Of a stretch of DNA of 64,000 nt, positions 36,740 through 46,119 are shown in pieces. Numbering within the stretch: position 1 is the first letter of the stretch; the number at the start of each line of letters is the position of its first letter. This stretch comes from a virus. The notes under the pieces are model-generated. The model searched no databases and had not been told where the DNA came from. It was given only the letters and a program-made list of their open reading frames with translations. The translations under genes and the position numbers were made by a program. Location: IMG/VR virus record IMGVR_UViG_3300025528_000005, positions 5,139 to 69,138 of that record, one strand, 5' to 3'.

Positions 36740-37460
36740 GTGCATGGGGTGAGCAGGCACTCAAGTAGGAGCGGTTCTTCGCGCCGCTCCTCGCTCCTTC
36801 ACGTTGGACTGGGCAACCCGATGATTCCTGCAGAATTGCCCTCCCTTCGGGGAATCAACGTCGATGAAGTCTTAACCGCAGTAACCGGTTTGAAGGTTGA
36901 AACGACCTTCTATACACCACCGGCTTGAAGCCGGAATTCGGCAGCCAGTGGCCCTGGCCACCACCCCTCCTCCTAAATAGATTAAATGAAGAGAGGGCCC
37001 GGGGAACAACGCCGATGAGTTCATCGAACAGTTTATAGCTTAGAGTCTGATTTCTGAGAAGTCAGGAAGGGTGCAACGCCCTTCATTCTTCCTTCTCCTT
37101 CGGAGAGGAACTACGGACCTGGTTGATGTCTACGAGCTGGAGCTCGCATGCAGCTGCAGCTGAAGGCAGAGATAACGAACGAAGAGTCTAAGCTTTCTTG
37201 ATTCTCTGTTTCATAGGTTTTCAAGTAATTGCGAAAGCAGCGTAGGATGCACCGTCCTACTTAATTGCTTCCGGCCTGCAGGCCGGAGATCACAGCTGGG
37301 ATCCGCGGCGCCATGGAGGCTGTCGTCTTCGCCGGCCGCCGGGGTCGAATAACGGATCGATGAGTTGAAACTGAAACAGAGGTTCTTTGGCCTACGCCGG
37401 ACGCTCCCCTTCCGGCGGTTTCTTTGAGAGCACGGCACACAATACGTGCTCTCTTTTTTA
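36740..37460 (+). ncRNA. Candidate large structured ncRNA (~720 nt)
   Basis: Dense hairpins, three T-loop-type hairpins, long-range stems, terminal terminator; no RBS-supported ORF. Confidence 0.6.
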
Positions 37461-37498
37461 GTTTATTGAAGTTAGTCCAGTACATAAAGGAAGCCACT

Positions 37499-38047
37499 AT
37501 GGCCGACAGGTTATCAGGCATCTTGTCTATGCCTCCTCTCCCTCCACGAGTTCGTGACAGTGAGCCGACACCTCAAACAGATTCCCTATTCGAGACTGGG
37601 GTCCTCCCCCCTACCTGGAATCTAACAATTGAGAGTCCCTCCGGAGGCATTACTCGCTATCTTGTCCCAGAGGGGCAAGAAACGTTTTTCCTTCACGATG
37701 TAAGGAATGGTAATGGTTTTGAGATACGTCATGTTCGGAGTGTAAGTCTTCCTGTCCCGCGCCCGGGAGCAACAATTAGCACTCCTGAGGGGTACAGGAT
37801 TACCAACAGCACGTTCTCCGAATACGACAGATTATCGGGACCTCATACTCACAACTCTACGGGCTTTTCCTCGAAGCAACTCATCAACGCTCTTAAGGAC
37901 AAAGTGGAGATTCGAACCAAAGCTGTTCTCGATGGTTCCGAGTTATCCATTCGTACTCAGCTAGTAATCCTGGATATGGATAAGGAGACAATCATCTCCG
38001 AGGATGAGGATTCGGTCGACCTCACGGAATTGCTCGACCGGCTTTGA
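37499..38047 (+). CDS. Hypothetical protein
   Basis: AAGGA RBS before ATG 37499. Confidence 0.7.
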   Translation: MADRLSGILSMPPLPPRVRDSEPTPQTDSLFETGVLPPTWNLTIESPSGGITRYLVPEGQETFFLHDVRNGNGFEIRHVRSVSLPVPRPGATISTPEGYRITNSTFSEYDRLSGPHTHNSTGFSSKQLINALKDKVEIRTKAVLDGSELSIRTQLVILDMDKETIISEDEDSVDLTELLDRL

Positions 38048-38065
38048 TAATTAAGGAATATTGCC

Positions 38066-39016
38066 TTGAGAACTTACGTGCTTTATCACGCCAATTGCCA
38101 AGATGGGCTTGGCGCTAAATACGCCGCATGGAAGAAGTTCGGAGACCAGGCTACTTATATCCCGGTTCAGTACGGGCAACCTCTTCCTGAAATTACCACT
38201 TACCTACCTTGGGATGAAATCAAGGTCGGGGAAGAGTTCTACGTCGATTCAATATACGGCTTGGATGTTAAGACAGCCGACGCTCCGGCATCGTCCTCAG
38301 GCATGGTCTGCCGAGTCCCGGTCGAGGTTTACATCCTTGACTTCAGCTACCCTCGAGACGTCCTAGAAGAGCTAAGGAGTCGGGTAACGAAGCTGGTAAT
38401 ACTCGACCATCACAAAACCGCCAAGGAGGCTCTAGAGGGGTTTTCTGGAGCTCACTTTGACATGCACAAATCCGGGGCCGTCCTGGCCTGGGAGTTCTTC
38501 CATCCTGATACTGAAGTGCCTGAGCTTCTGCAGTACGTTCAGGACCGAGACCTTTGGACTTGGAAGCTCGAGGATACCCGGGCCGTAACTGCGGCACTGC
38601 CCCTGCTCAAAGGGGACATGAAAGCTTGGGATGCCTATGTCACACATCCAAAAAGCCTCAACTCTCTGATTCAGCAAGGAGAGACCCTGCTTGCTGCCGA
38701 TGACATCAAGATCGAAAACGCTCTGAAGAACGTCAAAGTTCTGCCGTACAAGGGCTATCGCGTTGGCGTTATGAATACTACAACGCTTCACTCTGAAATC
38801 GGCAACGCGGTTTGCAAAGATGAAGAACTCGGTGTAGACTTCTCTTTGACTTATTTCTTCGATACTGATGGTCAACCGGTTTTGAGCTTTCGCTCCATTG
38901 GAGATTTCGATGTGTCCGTCTTGGCTAAAGAACTGGGAGGCGGAGGCCATCGAAATGCCTCGGGAGCTCGGGTTTCCTTTGATTTCATCCAACAACTTTA
39001 CCAAGGCCTTCTTTGA
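38066..39016 (+). CDS. DHH/DHHA1 phosphoesterase
   Basis: YHANCQDG; LDFS; DHHKT; GGGGHRNASG. Confidence 0.92.
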   Translation: MRTYVLYHANCQDGLGAKYAAWKKFGDQATYIPVQYGQPLPEITTYLPWDEIKVGEEFYVDSIYGLDVKTADAPASSSGMVCRVPVEVYILDFSYPRDVLEELRSRVTKLVILDHHKTAKEALEGFSGAHFDMHKSGAVLAWEFFHPDTEVPELLQYVQDRDLWTWKLEDTRAVTAALPLLKGDMKAWDAYVTHPKSLNSLIQQGETLLAADDIKIENALKNVKVLPYKGYRVGVMNTTTLHSEIGNAVCKDEELGVDFSLTYFFDTDGQPVLSFRSIGDFDVSVLAKELGGGGHRNASGARVSFDFIQQLYQGLL

Positions 39017-39028
39017 GGAATTGCAATA

Positions 39029-39334
39029 GTGGGACAACTACCTTTGTTTTCTGACCTCCCGGAGATCGATGCTTCGGCCGTATCTGACAACGAGCAAAAA
39101 CGCAAGGCAGTTGAGCTTGTTTCCGGTTATCTGGTCGAAGTTTTCGAGAACGATCCGACGACCTGGGAAAAGCTTGACACCCAGGCCTTAGACGCCATTG
39201 CCGGAAGCGCTTCCGGCCTCATGTTGATGGGGGAATACGAGAAAGCCGCGCTCGGACTCGTTTATCTGATTTATCAAAAGAGGTTTGAAGAGACCAACAA
39301 GCTTGAAGCTCGGTTAAAGGAATTGACTATATGA
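39029..39334 (+). CDS. Hypothetical protein
   Basis: GAGGA RBS; overlap-coupled to the next gene. Confidence 0.7.
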   Translation: MGQLPLFSDLPEIDASAVSDNEQKRKAVELVSGYLVEVFENDPTTWEKLDTQALDAIAGSASGLMLMGEYEKAALGLVYLIYQKRFEETNKLEARLKELTI

Positions 39335-39732
39335 CAATGATGGTTCACATGAAGGATGACCTTGAGTTTGACGTTTCTGCCGCACATGTATCTCAGGAAG
39401 TGCTTAAGGACGTCCATTCTAAGCACCTGCCCAAGCGTCGGCCTGCCGTATCTTTCCTTGAAAATGGCGTCAAGATCCTAAGGGAGAGAGCTGCGCTTCG
39501 TGATCAGCCTAATGGGGAGCGGAGCATGGCGAAAACCGTGGCTATCTTCAACGCCTGGACAGGCAATAACCTGTCCGTTGAAGATGGCTGGCGTTTCATG
39601 ATCGCCCTCAAACAGGCTCGAGAGATACAGGGCTTTTTCAACGCTGATGATTACGAGGACGGCGCTAACTACTTCGCCCTACTCGGTGAAGAAGAATCGG
39701 CCAACGAAAAACGTCAAAAGCCCCAGACCTAA
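39331..39732 (+). CDS. Conserved phage protein (DUF6378-like)
   Basis: GERSMAKTV..FNA.TG..GW.FM..LK..R..DDYED..Y.AL. Confidence 0.75.
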   Translation: MTMMVHMKDDLEFDVSAAHVSQEVLKDVHSKHLPKRRPAVSFLENGVKILRERAALRDQPNGERSMAKTVAIFNAWTGNNLSVEDGWRFMIALKQAREIQGFFNADDYEDGANYFALLGEEESANEKRQKPQT

Positions 39733-39995
39733 GCCATTTAATCTCCATCTTCTTGGTATAAACAATCAGAGAGGGTATTCCCTCTCTCGAGCTTATCCTT
39801 TCAGTTTTATAAGGAGCTTTCATGTTTAAGAAAGCACTAGACCGGCTACTCAATAGCCAACTGCTCTGAGTATTCTCCTGGGTTGTCTATATCGCCCTCT
39901 TAGACCCATCCCCTATCTCCGGAATATCTCACTCGAAGCAGTAACCCTTATGGAGCCGGCCTGGATACTGGCCGGCTTTCTTTCTCTCAAACGCA

Positions 39996-40691
39996 ATGAG
40001 TAATATCGCACACAAAATCGAAACCATGCTCGTTATCCAAGACGAGCTCAATCAGGTCGTCGACCCTAATTGGCGAGACCGCCGTTTTCGCTGGGAGGAC
40101 GCCATAACGATCGAAGCCGTTGAACTCTTCGACCACCTTCCTTGGAAATGGTGGAAGAGCTACAGCAAGCCGGTCGACCGCAGCCAAGTCGTGCTCGAGG
40201 CGATTGACATCTGGCACTTCATTCTGAGTCGCGTCATCAACGAGTTTGATATCGATTATGGGGTGGAATTCCTCCTTGACTACTTCGAGGATCACGAGGC
40301 CGAAGAGACTATCGACTGGGATCATGTCAAGGAGGACGCTCGGTCTTTCCTCAGAGAGGTTACTTACGACAACGAGGATCCTGATGCTCTGTTTGAGCCG
40401 ACCTATGTCGAACACTTCGCAGAGCTCCTCTCTACGCTTGGCGTCACCTTCGACGAGCTCTACACGCTCTATGTCGCCAAGACGCAGCTGAACCGCCTGC
40501 GCTGGGCCAATGATTATGGAGGCTCTTACATCAAAACCTGGGGCGGTCAGGAAGACAACGTTTGGCTTGCCGAGTACGTGAAGACGCTCGACGTCGACGC
40601 GCCTGACTTCAAGGATCAGGTCTATGCTGGACTTGTGGCCAAATATGAGGAGGTCAAGAAGGCAGCTTCAACTGGCCTCTCTGAGGAGTAA
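39996..40691 (+). CDS. dut: Dimeric all-alpha dUTPase
   Basis: Q..LN; E..E..DH.PWKWWK; EAIDIWHF; Y..K..LN..R; EDN. Confidence 0.9.
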   Translation: MSNIAHKIETMLVIQDELNQVVDPNWRDRRFRWEDAITIEAVELFDHLPWKWWKSYSKPVDRSQVVLEAIDIWHFILSRVINEFDIDYGVEFLLDYFEDHEAEETIDWDHVKEDARSFLREVTYDNEDPDALFEPTYVEHFAELLSTLGVTFDELYTLYVAKTQLNRLRWANDYGGSYIKTWGGQEDNVWLAEYVKTLDVDAPDFKDQVYAGLVAKYEEVKKAASTGLSEE

Positions 40692-40692
40692 C

Positions 40693-40980
40693 ATGATGGA
40701 AGGCAAGATTACCCTTGAACTCGACTATCACTACGAACCGTTAGAAAACAAGGTCTACCTGAGTCACCCCTTATTCGAAGGTCTTCTGTCTCTTGCTGCC
40801 AGCAATGAGGACCTGGCCCGAATTCAGCTCGACGCCCTCAACATAGACAAACCCAAGACTCCCATCGAGGAGATCGTCTCTGACGGTCACCAGCTCATCG
40901 CTACAATCCAGGAGTTGAACGAGCTGATCCCAGGGGTTGTCGACGCGGTCAAGAAGAAACTGAGTGGAGGTAAGGATTGA
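40693..40980 (+). CDS. Hypothetical protein
   Basis: GAGGAG RBS. Confidence 0.7.
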   Translation: MMEGKITLELDYHYEPLENKVYLSHPLFEGLLSLAASNEDLARIQLDALNIDKPKTPIEEIVSDGHQLIATIQELNELIPGVVDAVKKKLSGGKD

Positions 40981-41249
40981 GCGGCGGACACTTCGACTAT
41001 AAACAATACTATATCGACTGCATCGCCGACGAGGTCGAGCAGCTCATCCTGACCAACGACCAGGAGGACGGCAATCAGTTCTCCGAGGAGACGATCGAGG
41101 AGTTTAAGAAAGGCCTCGAGCTGCTCCGACAGGCCTACGTCTACGCTCAGCGGATCGACTGGCTGGTCTCCTGCGACGATAGTGAGGAGAACTTCCACGA
41201 GAGGCTCAAACAGGAGCTTTCCGACTTAAGTAAGAAGGAAGCGCTGTGA
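40977..41249 (+). CDS. Hypothetical protein
   Basis: SGGHFDYKQY..YAQRIDWLVSCDD; overlap-coupled. Confidence 0.75.
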   Translation: MSGGHFDYKQYYIDCIADEVEQLILTNDQEDGNQFSEETIEEFKKGLELLRQAYVYAQRIDWLVSCDDSEENFHERLKQELSDLSKKEAL

Positions 41250-41680
41250 GCTACAACGGCCCTGAACAGGGCATCCCCTGCCCTTACTGCGGATCTCCTT
41301 GTGACTGCGACGTGGTCGACGTTGGCGTTGGCTTCGTCCAATGCGGCCCCTACCACTGCGAGAGCTGCGGTGCCTCTCAGATCGGGCCTTACGACAAGGA
41401 GCGGCCACTCTCCGAGCAGGAAAAGAGGACAAGATGGTATGCGCCTGGTTCCGAGCCGGGTAGCAGCGCCAACGTCATTGCCGGCCAGGTCGTCTCACAT
41501 CAGGAAGCACGAAACGTCTACCGGGCCCTTTACCCGTTCAGCGCGACGGAAACAGGCCGGGCCTTTATTCGAGGTACGACACATGAATTTGAAAAGATAC
41601 ACGGTCACGGTTCAGTGGCTGCACATCAGTTCTCAAACCCGGTACTCGCTCAAGAGCAAGATGATGAAGCTCTGGGCTAA
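41246..41680 (+). CDS. Zinc-ribbon hypothetical protein
   Basis: CPYC..C..C..CESC. Confidence 0.7.
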   Translation: MSYNGPEQGIPCPYCGSPCDCDVVDVGVGFVQCGPYHCESCGASQIGPYDKERPLSEQEKRTRWYAPGSEPGSSANVIAGQVVSHQEARNVYRALYPFSATETGRAFIRGTTHEFEKIHGHGSVAAHQFSNPVLAQEQDDEALG

Positions 41681-41792
41681 GGACTTGATGGCAGCCAGCC
41701 GAGAGGCCCTCTCTCAGTTTCAGGACAAGATCAATCCCAGCATCAGTCAGATCTGGGCTGACTGGCCTCAACCAATTCAAGGAGATACATGA
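41583..41792 (+). CDS. Hypothetical protein
   Basis: GAGGT RBS; ATGA-coupled to the next gene. Confidence 0.55.
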   Translation: MNLKRYTVTVQWLHISSQTRYSLKSKMMKLWAKDLMAASREALSQFQDKINPSISQIWADWPQPIQGDT

Positions 41793-42151
41793 ACGATCAA
41801 GAAATTGAAAACGAACTCCAGGCCAAGGACCTGACCGCTCCGCGGGTTACGCTGGAGGACATTGAGAACAACATCATCGATGAACGGTATTTCACCGCAG
41901 GCGATGGGATCCGAGGAAAGAGCTATGGAGCATCCATGCCGGTACCGGAGCGTCTCGATCGAATCACTCTTTGCGTTCTTACTCTGAGTAACGGATTTAA
42001 CGTCGTCGGCGTCAACGCCGGCCCCGTGAGCCCTGAGAATTTCGACGCTCAGCTTGGCCGCAAGCTGGCTCGACAGAATGCGATCGACCAGATCTGGCCG
42101 CTGATGGGCTACGCGTTGCGAGATCGCCTGTCTCGAGGAGAATTGGGTTGA
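41789..42151 (+). CDS. Phage Gp49-family protein
   Basis: APRVT..DIE; TLCVLTLSNGF.V.G; VSPENFDAQLGRKLAR. Confidence 0.85.
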   Translation: MNDQEIENELQAKDLTAPRVTLEDIENNIIDERYFTAGDGIRGKSYGASMPVPERLDRITLCVLTLSNGFNVVGVNAGPVSPENFDAQLGRKLARQNAIDQIWPLMGYALRDRLSRGELG

Positions 42152-42189
42152 GCAGCAGCGCATTCGGGATCTGACCTGGGGAGCAGAAG

Positions 42190-42597
42190 GTGAAAGTCAC
42201 TGAACTAAGAGGTGCCTATCTAGACTACTGGGTAGCTCGGGCCGAGGGGTATACGAACATCAACGGCCCTTACGAGACCGATTGGGTGTTCTGCCTTAGA
42301 GAGCCTGACGGTAGCGATGGTGATGCTCTGCCGGAATATTCGACGGATTGGTCGGCAGGCGGTCCGATCATCGAACGAGAAGAGATCTCAATTAGACATA
42401 TCCAACTGATGCCGGGTTATTGGGTGATCGCAGCTTCCTTGGAAGTGCGAGCAGCCGAGGCCGGCAGAGACACCCTCAACGGCAAGCCTTTGATCGGTGC
42501 CGGTTGGTACATCGGGGACACTCCGTTGCAGGCTGCCATGCGAGCCTTCGTCGCCAGCAAGTTCGGCAAAGAAGTTCCTGACGAGGAGCCGGCATGA
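42190..42597 (+). CDS. NinX/DUF2591-family protein
   Basis: L.GA.LDYWVA.AEG; YSTDWSAGGPIIERE; PLQAAMRAFVASKFG. Confidence 0.85.
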   Translation: MKVTELRGAYLDYWVARAEGYTNINGPYETDWVFCLREPDGSDGDALPEYSTDWSAGGPIIEREEISIRHIQLMPGYWVIAASLEVRAAEAGRDTLNGKPLIGAGWYIGDTPLQAAMRAFVASKFGKEVPDEEPA

Positions 42598-42962
42598 AAC
42601 TGATCATCGCCGGCGGCCGTGATTACGTCTTCACCGAACGCGACGCCGCGGACCTCGATCGCCTCCACGCTATCATCGGCATAACCGAGGTCGTCGAAGG
42701 TGAACAGCGCGGCGCGGACCTGGCTGGCAAGTCTTGGGCTCAGGAGCGAGGCCTTTCAGTCAAACCCTTCCCGGCTGACTGGAAGCTTCACGGCAAAGCT
42801 GCGGGACCCATCCGCAACGAACAAATGGCTCAGTACGTTGGTAGAGCCGGAGCTGTTGTACTGTTCTCAGGCAGGGCTGGGACAGAAAACATGTACAAGG
42901 CTGCGAAAAGGCACGGCCTGCAGATCTTCGACTGGCGAACCGAGCCCAGACGGTTCCCTTAG
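42594..42962 (+). CDS. SLOG-family (YspA/DUF2493-like) protein
   Basis: IIAGGRDY; GAD..G..WA; ADW..HGKAAGPIRNEQM. Confidence 0.88.
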   Translation: MKLIIAGGRDYVFTERDAADLDRLHAIIGITEVVEGEQRGADLAGKSWAQERGLSVKPFPADWKLHGKAAGPIRNEQMAQYVGRAGAVVLFSGRAGTENMYKAAKRHGLQIFDWRTEPRRFP

Positions 42963-42968
42963 AATTGA

Positions 42969-42998
42969 GAAAGCCCGGATTTCTCCGGGCTCTTTTTT
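42969..42998. terminator. Bidirectional terminator at the strand switch
   Basis: GAAAGCCCGG-atttct-CCGGGCTC-TTTTTT between convergent operons. Confidence 0.8.
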
Positions 42999-43016
42999 AG
43001 CCTTCAGAAGAGATTA

Positions 43017-43451
43017 TTAGCCGTCTCCGTTGCCAGCAGCGTCTTCCAGGTCCTTGATACGCTGGGCAAGCGCCACGAGAACGGTTTGCAGATCACCTTC
43101 AGCCAGGCCGGTGTCGTCGTCGCCTTCAACCTCAATGTCTGCCGCCGTAGGAGGCGTGCCAGAACCGCCGCCGGAGTTGCCGGCTGCGTAGACAACGTTC
43201 CAGTTGGCACCGTCGCTAAACACCGTCACTTCCGAGTACTGCTCGGACAGGGTGTAGGAGGCAGCACCGTCGATCGTCTGGTTATTGCTCGCAGCAATCG
43301 TCGCGGTACCAGTGCCTTGGTTTTTGAAGATGTACGAAATCCCTGGCGTGGTATAGGCATCGGGCAGGGTGAAAGTCGAAGCAGCAGATCCGGTAAAGAC
43401 CACGTACTGGTGTCGGTCATTGGGCCACCGGGAGACAGTAAAACTTGGCAT
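43017..43451 (-). CDS. Short virion/fibre-associated protein, paralog of 56559-58616
   Basis: Shares N-terminal (YVVFTG..FKNQGTG..QTIDG..FSDG.NW) and C-terminal (GDLQ.V..ALA.RIK.LED) segments. Confidence 0.8.
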   Translation of the reverse strand: MPSFTVSRWPNDRHQYVVFTGSAASTFTLPDAYTTPGISYIFKNQGTGTATIAASNNQTIDGAASYTLSEQYSEVTVFSDGANWNVVYAAGNSGGGSGTPPTAADIEVEGDDDTGLAEGDLQTVLVALAQRIKDLEDAAGNGDG

Positions 43452-43542
43452 AGTTCGAAAATCCTTTAAGTCAACAATGGCCCCGAAGAGCCGCTCACTG
43501 TATTTTAGTTTACAGGACGGGGAACGGCTTTCGGGTTGGTTC

Positions 43543-45573
43543 TTAACTTAGAAGCGTTGGCGGGGTGAAATCGGTGACGTACCAGGCGTAATCATTGGTG
43601 ATCCGGAGGTCGTCAAGGTATCCTTGATATGGATAGCTCATTGAAGAGGAATTTCTATAGAACTGCCCTATCGATACTACTAAATCAGTCGGAGTCACAT
43701 CGTCTGTAAGTTCAGTCGATCCACTCAATACGCCATTTATGAATACTCTAAGCACTCCTTCTTTTCTTGTAAAAGCTACATGAGACCACTCATTTAGTTT
43801 TACTGTATTGTTAGAAACAAGTATATTATTAATATTATTGCCCGGATTTGTGGTTTTGCGAAAACACAGGGTCATCGAAGGAGTACTAGTCAGAGAAAGG
43901 CCGATAGTATAGATAGTATCGTTGCCAGAACCAAAAAGTCCGAACATCACTATATGTTGCTCACTGCTATCCAGCGGATACATGGCAAATTCAATAGTGA
44001 AATCTCGAGTGCCAGGAAATATATTGGAATCCCCATTGAGACGAAGGCCGTTCGTCATGATTCCAGAACTACCCTGGAACCTCCCACACGACTCTCCTGA
44101 CCAAGGCGAAATTGCGGTAGAGGTTGTAACATTGTTCAGCACGGTAATCTCTCGGTTTCTCGGAGAGCTATCAACGAAAACGGTGCCTCCATTTTGCCCT
44201 TCAAAATTCAGCAAGAGTTCGACAGAGCCGGTATAGGGCAGCATCTGCTCTCCGGTATAGACAAGGTATCTTGACTTGTCGTCAGGAGAGGGGATGTCAG
44301 GGAGTTGGACGACGGTTGCGGAGCCGGGTTTGTAGATGGTCGCGTAAGGTGAGTTAAAGTGAGCGATCACAAGATAATTGCCGTCGGGGCTGAAAGAGGC
44401 TCCGTTGCCATTCCCGGTTGGAAGCACATCCGGATTTGCCAGCTTCGTGAAGGTATCCCCTTCACGCTTGTAGATGGTCACGTAAGGTGAGTTAGTGTGA
44501 ACGATCACAAGATAATTGCCGTCGGGGCTGAAAGAGGCTCCCCATCCAATTCCAGTTGGAATTACATCCGGATTTACCAGCTTCGTGAAAGTATCCCCTT
44601 CACGCTTATAGATGGTCACGTAAGGTGAGATATTGTGACCGATCGCAAGATAATTGCCGTCGGGGCTGAAGGAGGCTACGTAGCCAGCACTGGTTGGAAG
44701 CACATCCGGATTCGCCAGCTTCGTGAAGGAGTCACCATTGCGCTTATAGATGGTCACGAAAGGTGAAGAGAAGTGAGCGATCGCAAGATAATTGCCGTCG
44801 GGGCTGAAGGAGGCTCCTCTGCCAGTCCCAGTTGGAAGCACATCCGGATTCGCCAGCTTCGTGAAGGAGTCACCATTGCGCTTGTAGATGGTCACGAAAG
44901 GTGAAGATTCGTGAGCGATCGCAAGATAATTGCCGTCGGGACTGAAGGAGGCTCCCCATCCATTTCCAGTTGGAATTACATCCGGATTTGCCAGCTTCGT
45001 GAAGGAGTCACCATTGCGCTTGTAGATGGTCACGTAAGGTGAAAGGTAGTGAGCGATCGCAAGATAATTGCCGTCGGGGCTGAAGGAGGCTCCACGTCCA
45101 ACATTGGGTGGAAGCACATTCGGATTCGCCAGCTTCGTGAAGGTGTCTCCTTCACGCTTGTAGATGGTCACGAAAGGTGAAGAGTCGTGAGCGATCGCAA
45201 GATAATTGCCGTCGGGACTGAAGGAGGCTCCTCTGCCAGTCCCGGTTGGAAGCACATCTGGATTAGCTAGTTTCGTAGCCGAGTCCCAACTACTACCCCC
45301 CTCAACCCCAAACACCTCATCCAACTTCGGATAAACACCGAGCTCAAACGTACTGCCATCGGCCGGCACATACGCAGGCGGGCCTAGCTCTGGATTAGCC
45401 GACAGAATGATCTCTCCAGGATATCGGTCAATCTGACTGCCAAGCTCAATCACCTGGCCTTCTCTCGTCAGAAAGACCTTCCCGTCGTGGTCATTGATCG
45501 CAATTTCTCCAGGCTCAAGCGTGGCTGGTACAGCGCCGGGCATGCTCGAGCGTTTGAATTTCAAGACTGCCAC
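43543..45573 (-). CDS. Fibre/receptor-binding protein: anchor + 7-blade beta-propeller + LamG-like domain
   Basis: KFKRS..GE.AIN..DG anchor; seven 44-aa SFSPDGNYLAI repeats; DFTIE..WSHVA..GYLDDLRIT. Confidence 0.85.
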   Translation of the reverse strand: MAVLKFKRSSMPGAVPATLEPGEIAINDHDGKVFLTREGQVIELGSQIDRYPGEIILSANPELGPPAYVPADGSTFELGVYPKLDEVFGVEGGSSWDSATKLANPDVLPTGTGRGASFSPDGNYLAIAHDSSPFVTIYKREGDTFTKLANPNVLPPNVGRGASFSPDGNYLAIAHYLSPYVTIYKRNGDSFTKLANPDVIPTGNGWGASFSPDGNYLAIAHESSPFVTIYKRNGDSFTKLANPDVLPTGTGRGASFSPDGNYLAIAHFSSPFVTIYKRNGDSFTKLANPDVLPTSAGYVASFSPDGNYLAIGHNISPYVTIYKREGDTFTKLVNPDVIPTGIGWGASFSPDGNYLVIVHTNSPYVTIYKREGDTFTKLANPDVLPTGNGNGASFSPDGNYLVIAHFNSPYATIYKPGSATVVQLPDIPSPDDKSRYLVYTGEQMLPYTGSVELLLNFEGQNGGTVFVDSSPRNREITVLNNVTTSTAISPWSGESCGRFQGSSGIMTNGLRLNGDSNIFPGTRDFTIEFAMYPLDSSEQHIVMFGLFGSGNDTIYTIGLSLTSTPSMTLCFRKTTNPGNNINNILVSNNTVKLNEWSHVAFTRKEGVLRVFINGVLSGSTELTDDVTPTDLVVSIGQFYRNSSSMSYPYQGYLDDLRITNDYAWYVTDFTPPTLLS

Positions 45574-45581
45574 GTTGCCTC

Positions 45582-46028
45582 CTACAGAGTCGCTGCCTGG
45601 ATGAAAAGCTGATCCATATCGTCCTCAGACAAGCCAAGAGCTGGAGTCAGAGCAAGGACAAGCGGAGAGTACCGCTCAATGGTCGTGGCATACTCCCATT
45701 CAATCTTCGCAGCCGTCTTCTCGGGTTCAGACAGCGATTCCAAGGCGTTTTCGACGTCCGATAGCTTTCCGATCGCGTGAAGAGCCAGGCGAGCCTGCCG
45801 AGGCGTCACGGACTCAGGCACTGGCGGAGGTGGAGTGTACCTCTCGTCTTCAATGACCCACTCGTTGCCGTTTAGCCGAGCGAACTTGCCTTCAGGAATT
45901 TCCGGCAGCGGCACTCGAGACCAGCGAAACGGAATGCCTCGAATGGGAGTCGTGGTTTTAGACGCGCCGGTGTAGTAGCCGTACTCGTCGTATTGGTGAA
46001 TGAGGAAAGGGTCGTTGTTAATAGCCAA
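45582..46028 (-). CDS. Putative tail-fibre assembly protein
   Basis: HQYDEYGYY.G; SVTPRQARLAL..WEYA....R..PL..LF..A. Confidence 0.7.
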   Translation of the reverse strand: MAINNDPFLIHQYDEYGYYTGASKTTTPIRGIPFRWSRVPLPEIPEGKFARLNGNEWVIEDERYTPPPPVPESVTPRQARLALHAIGKLSDVENALESLSEPEKTAAKIEWEYATTIERYSPLVLALTPALGLSEDDMDQLFIQAATL

Positions 46029-46119
46029 AATTGTTCTCCGGTGAGAATTTACGGATGATCGTTAGCAGGCAAAATCTCCAATCACGCTCGACGGCGGTAG
46101 GAAATCAGCTACATGCTGC

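Noticed and set aside
37204-37381. Hammerhead ribozyme (CGATGAG..GAAAC)
   Set aside because: Core lacks CUGA and no convincing stem I
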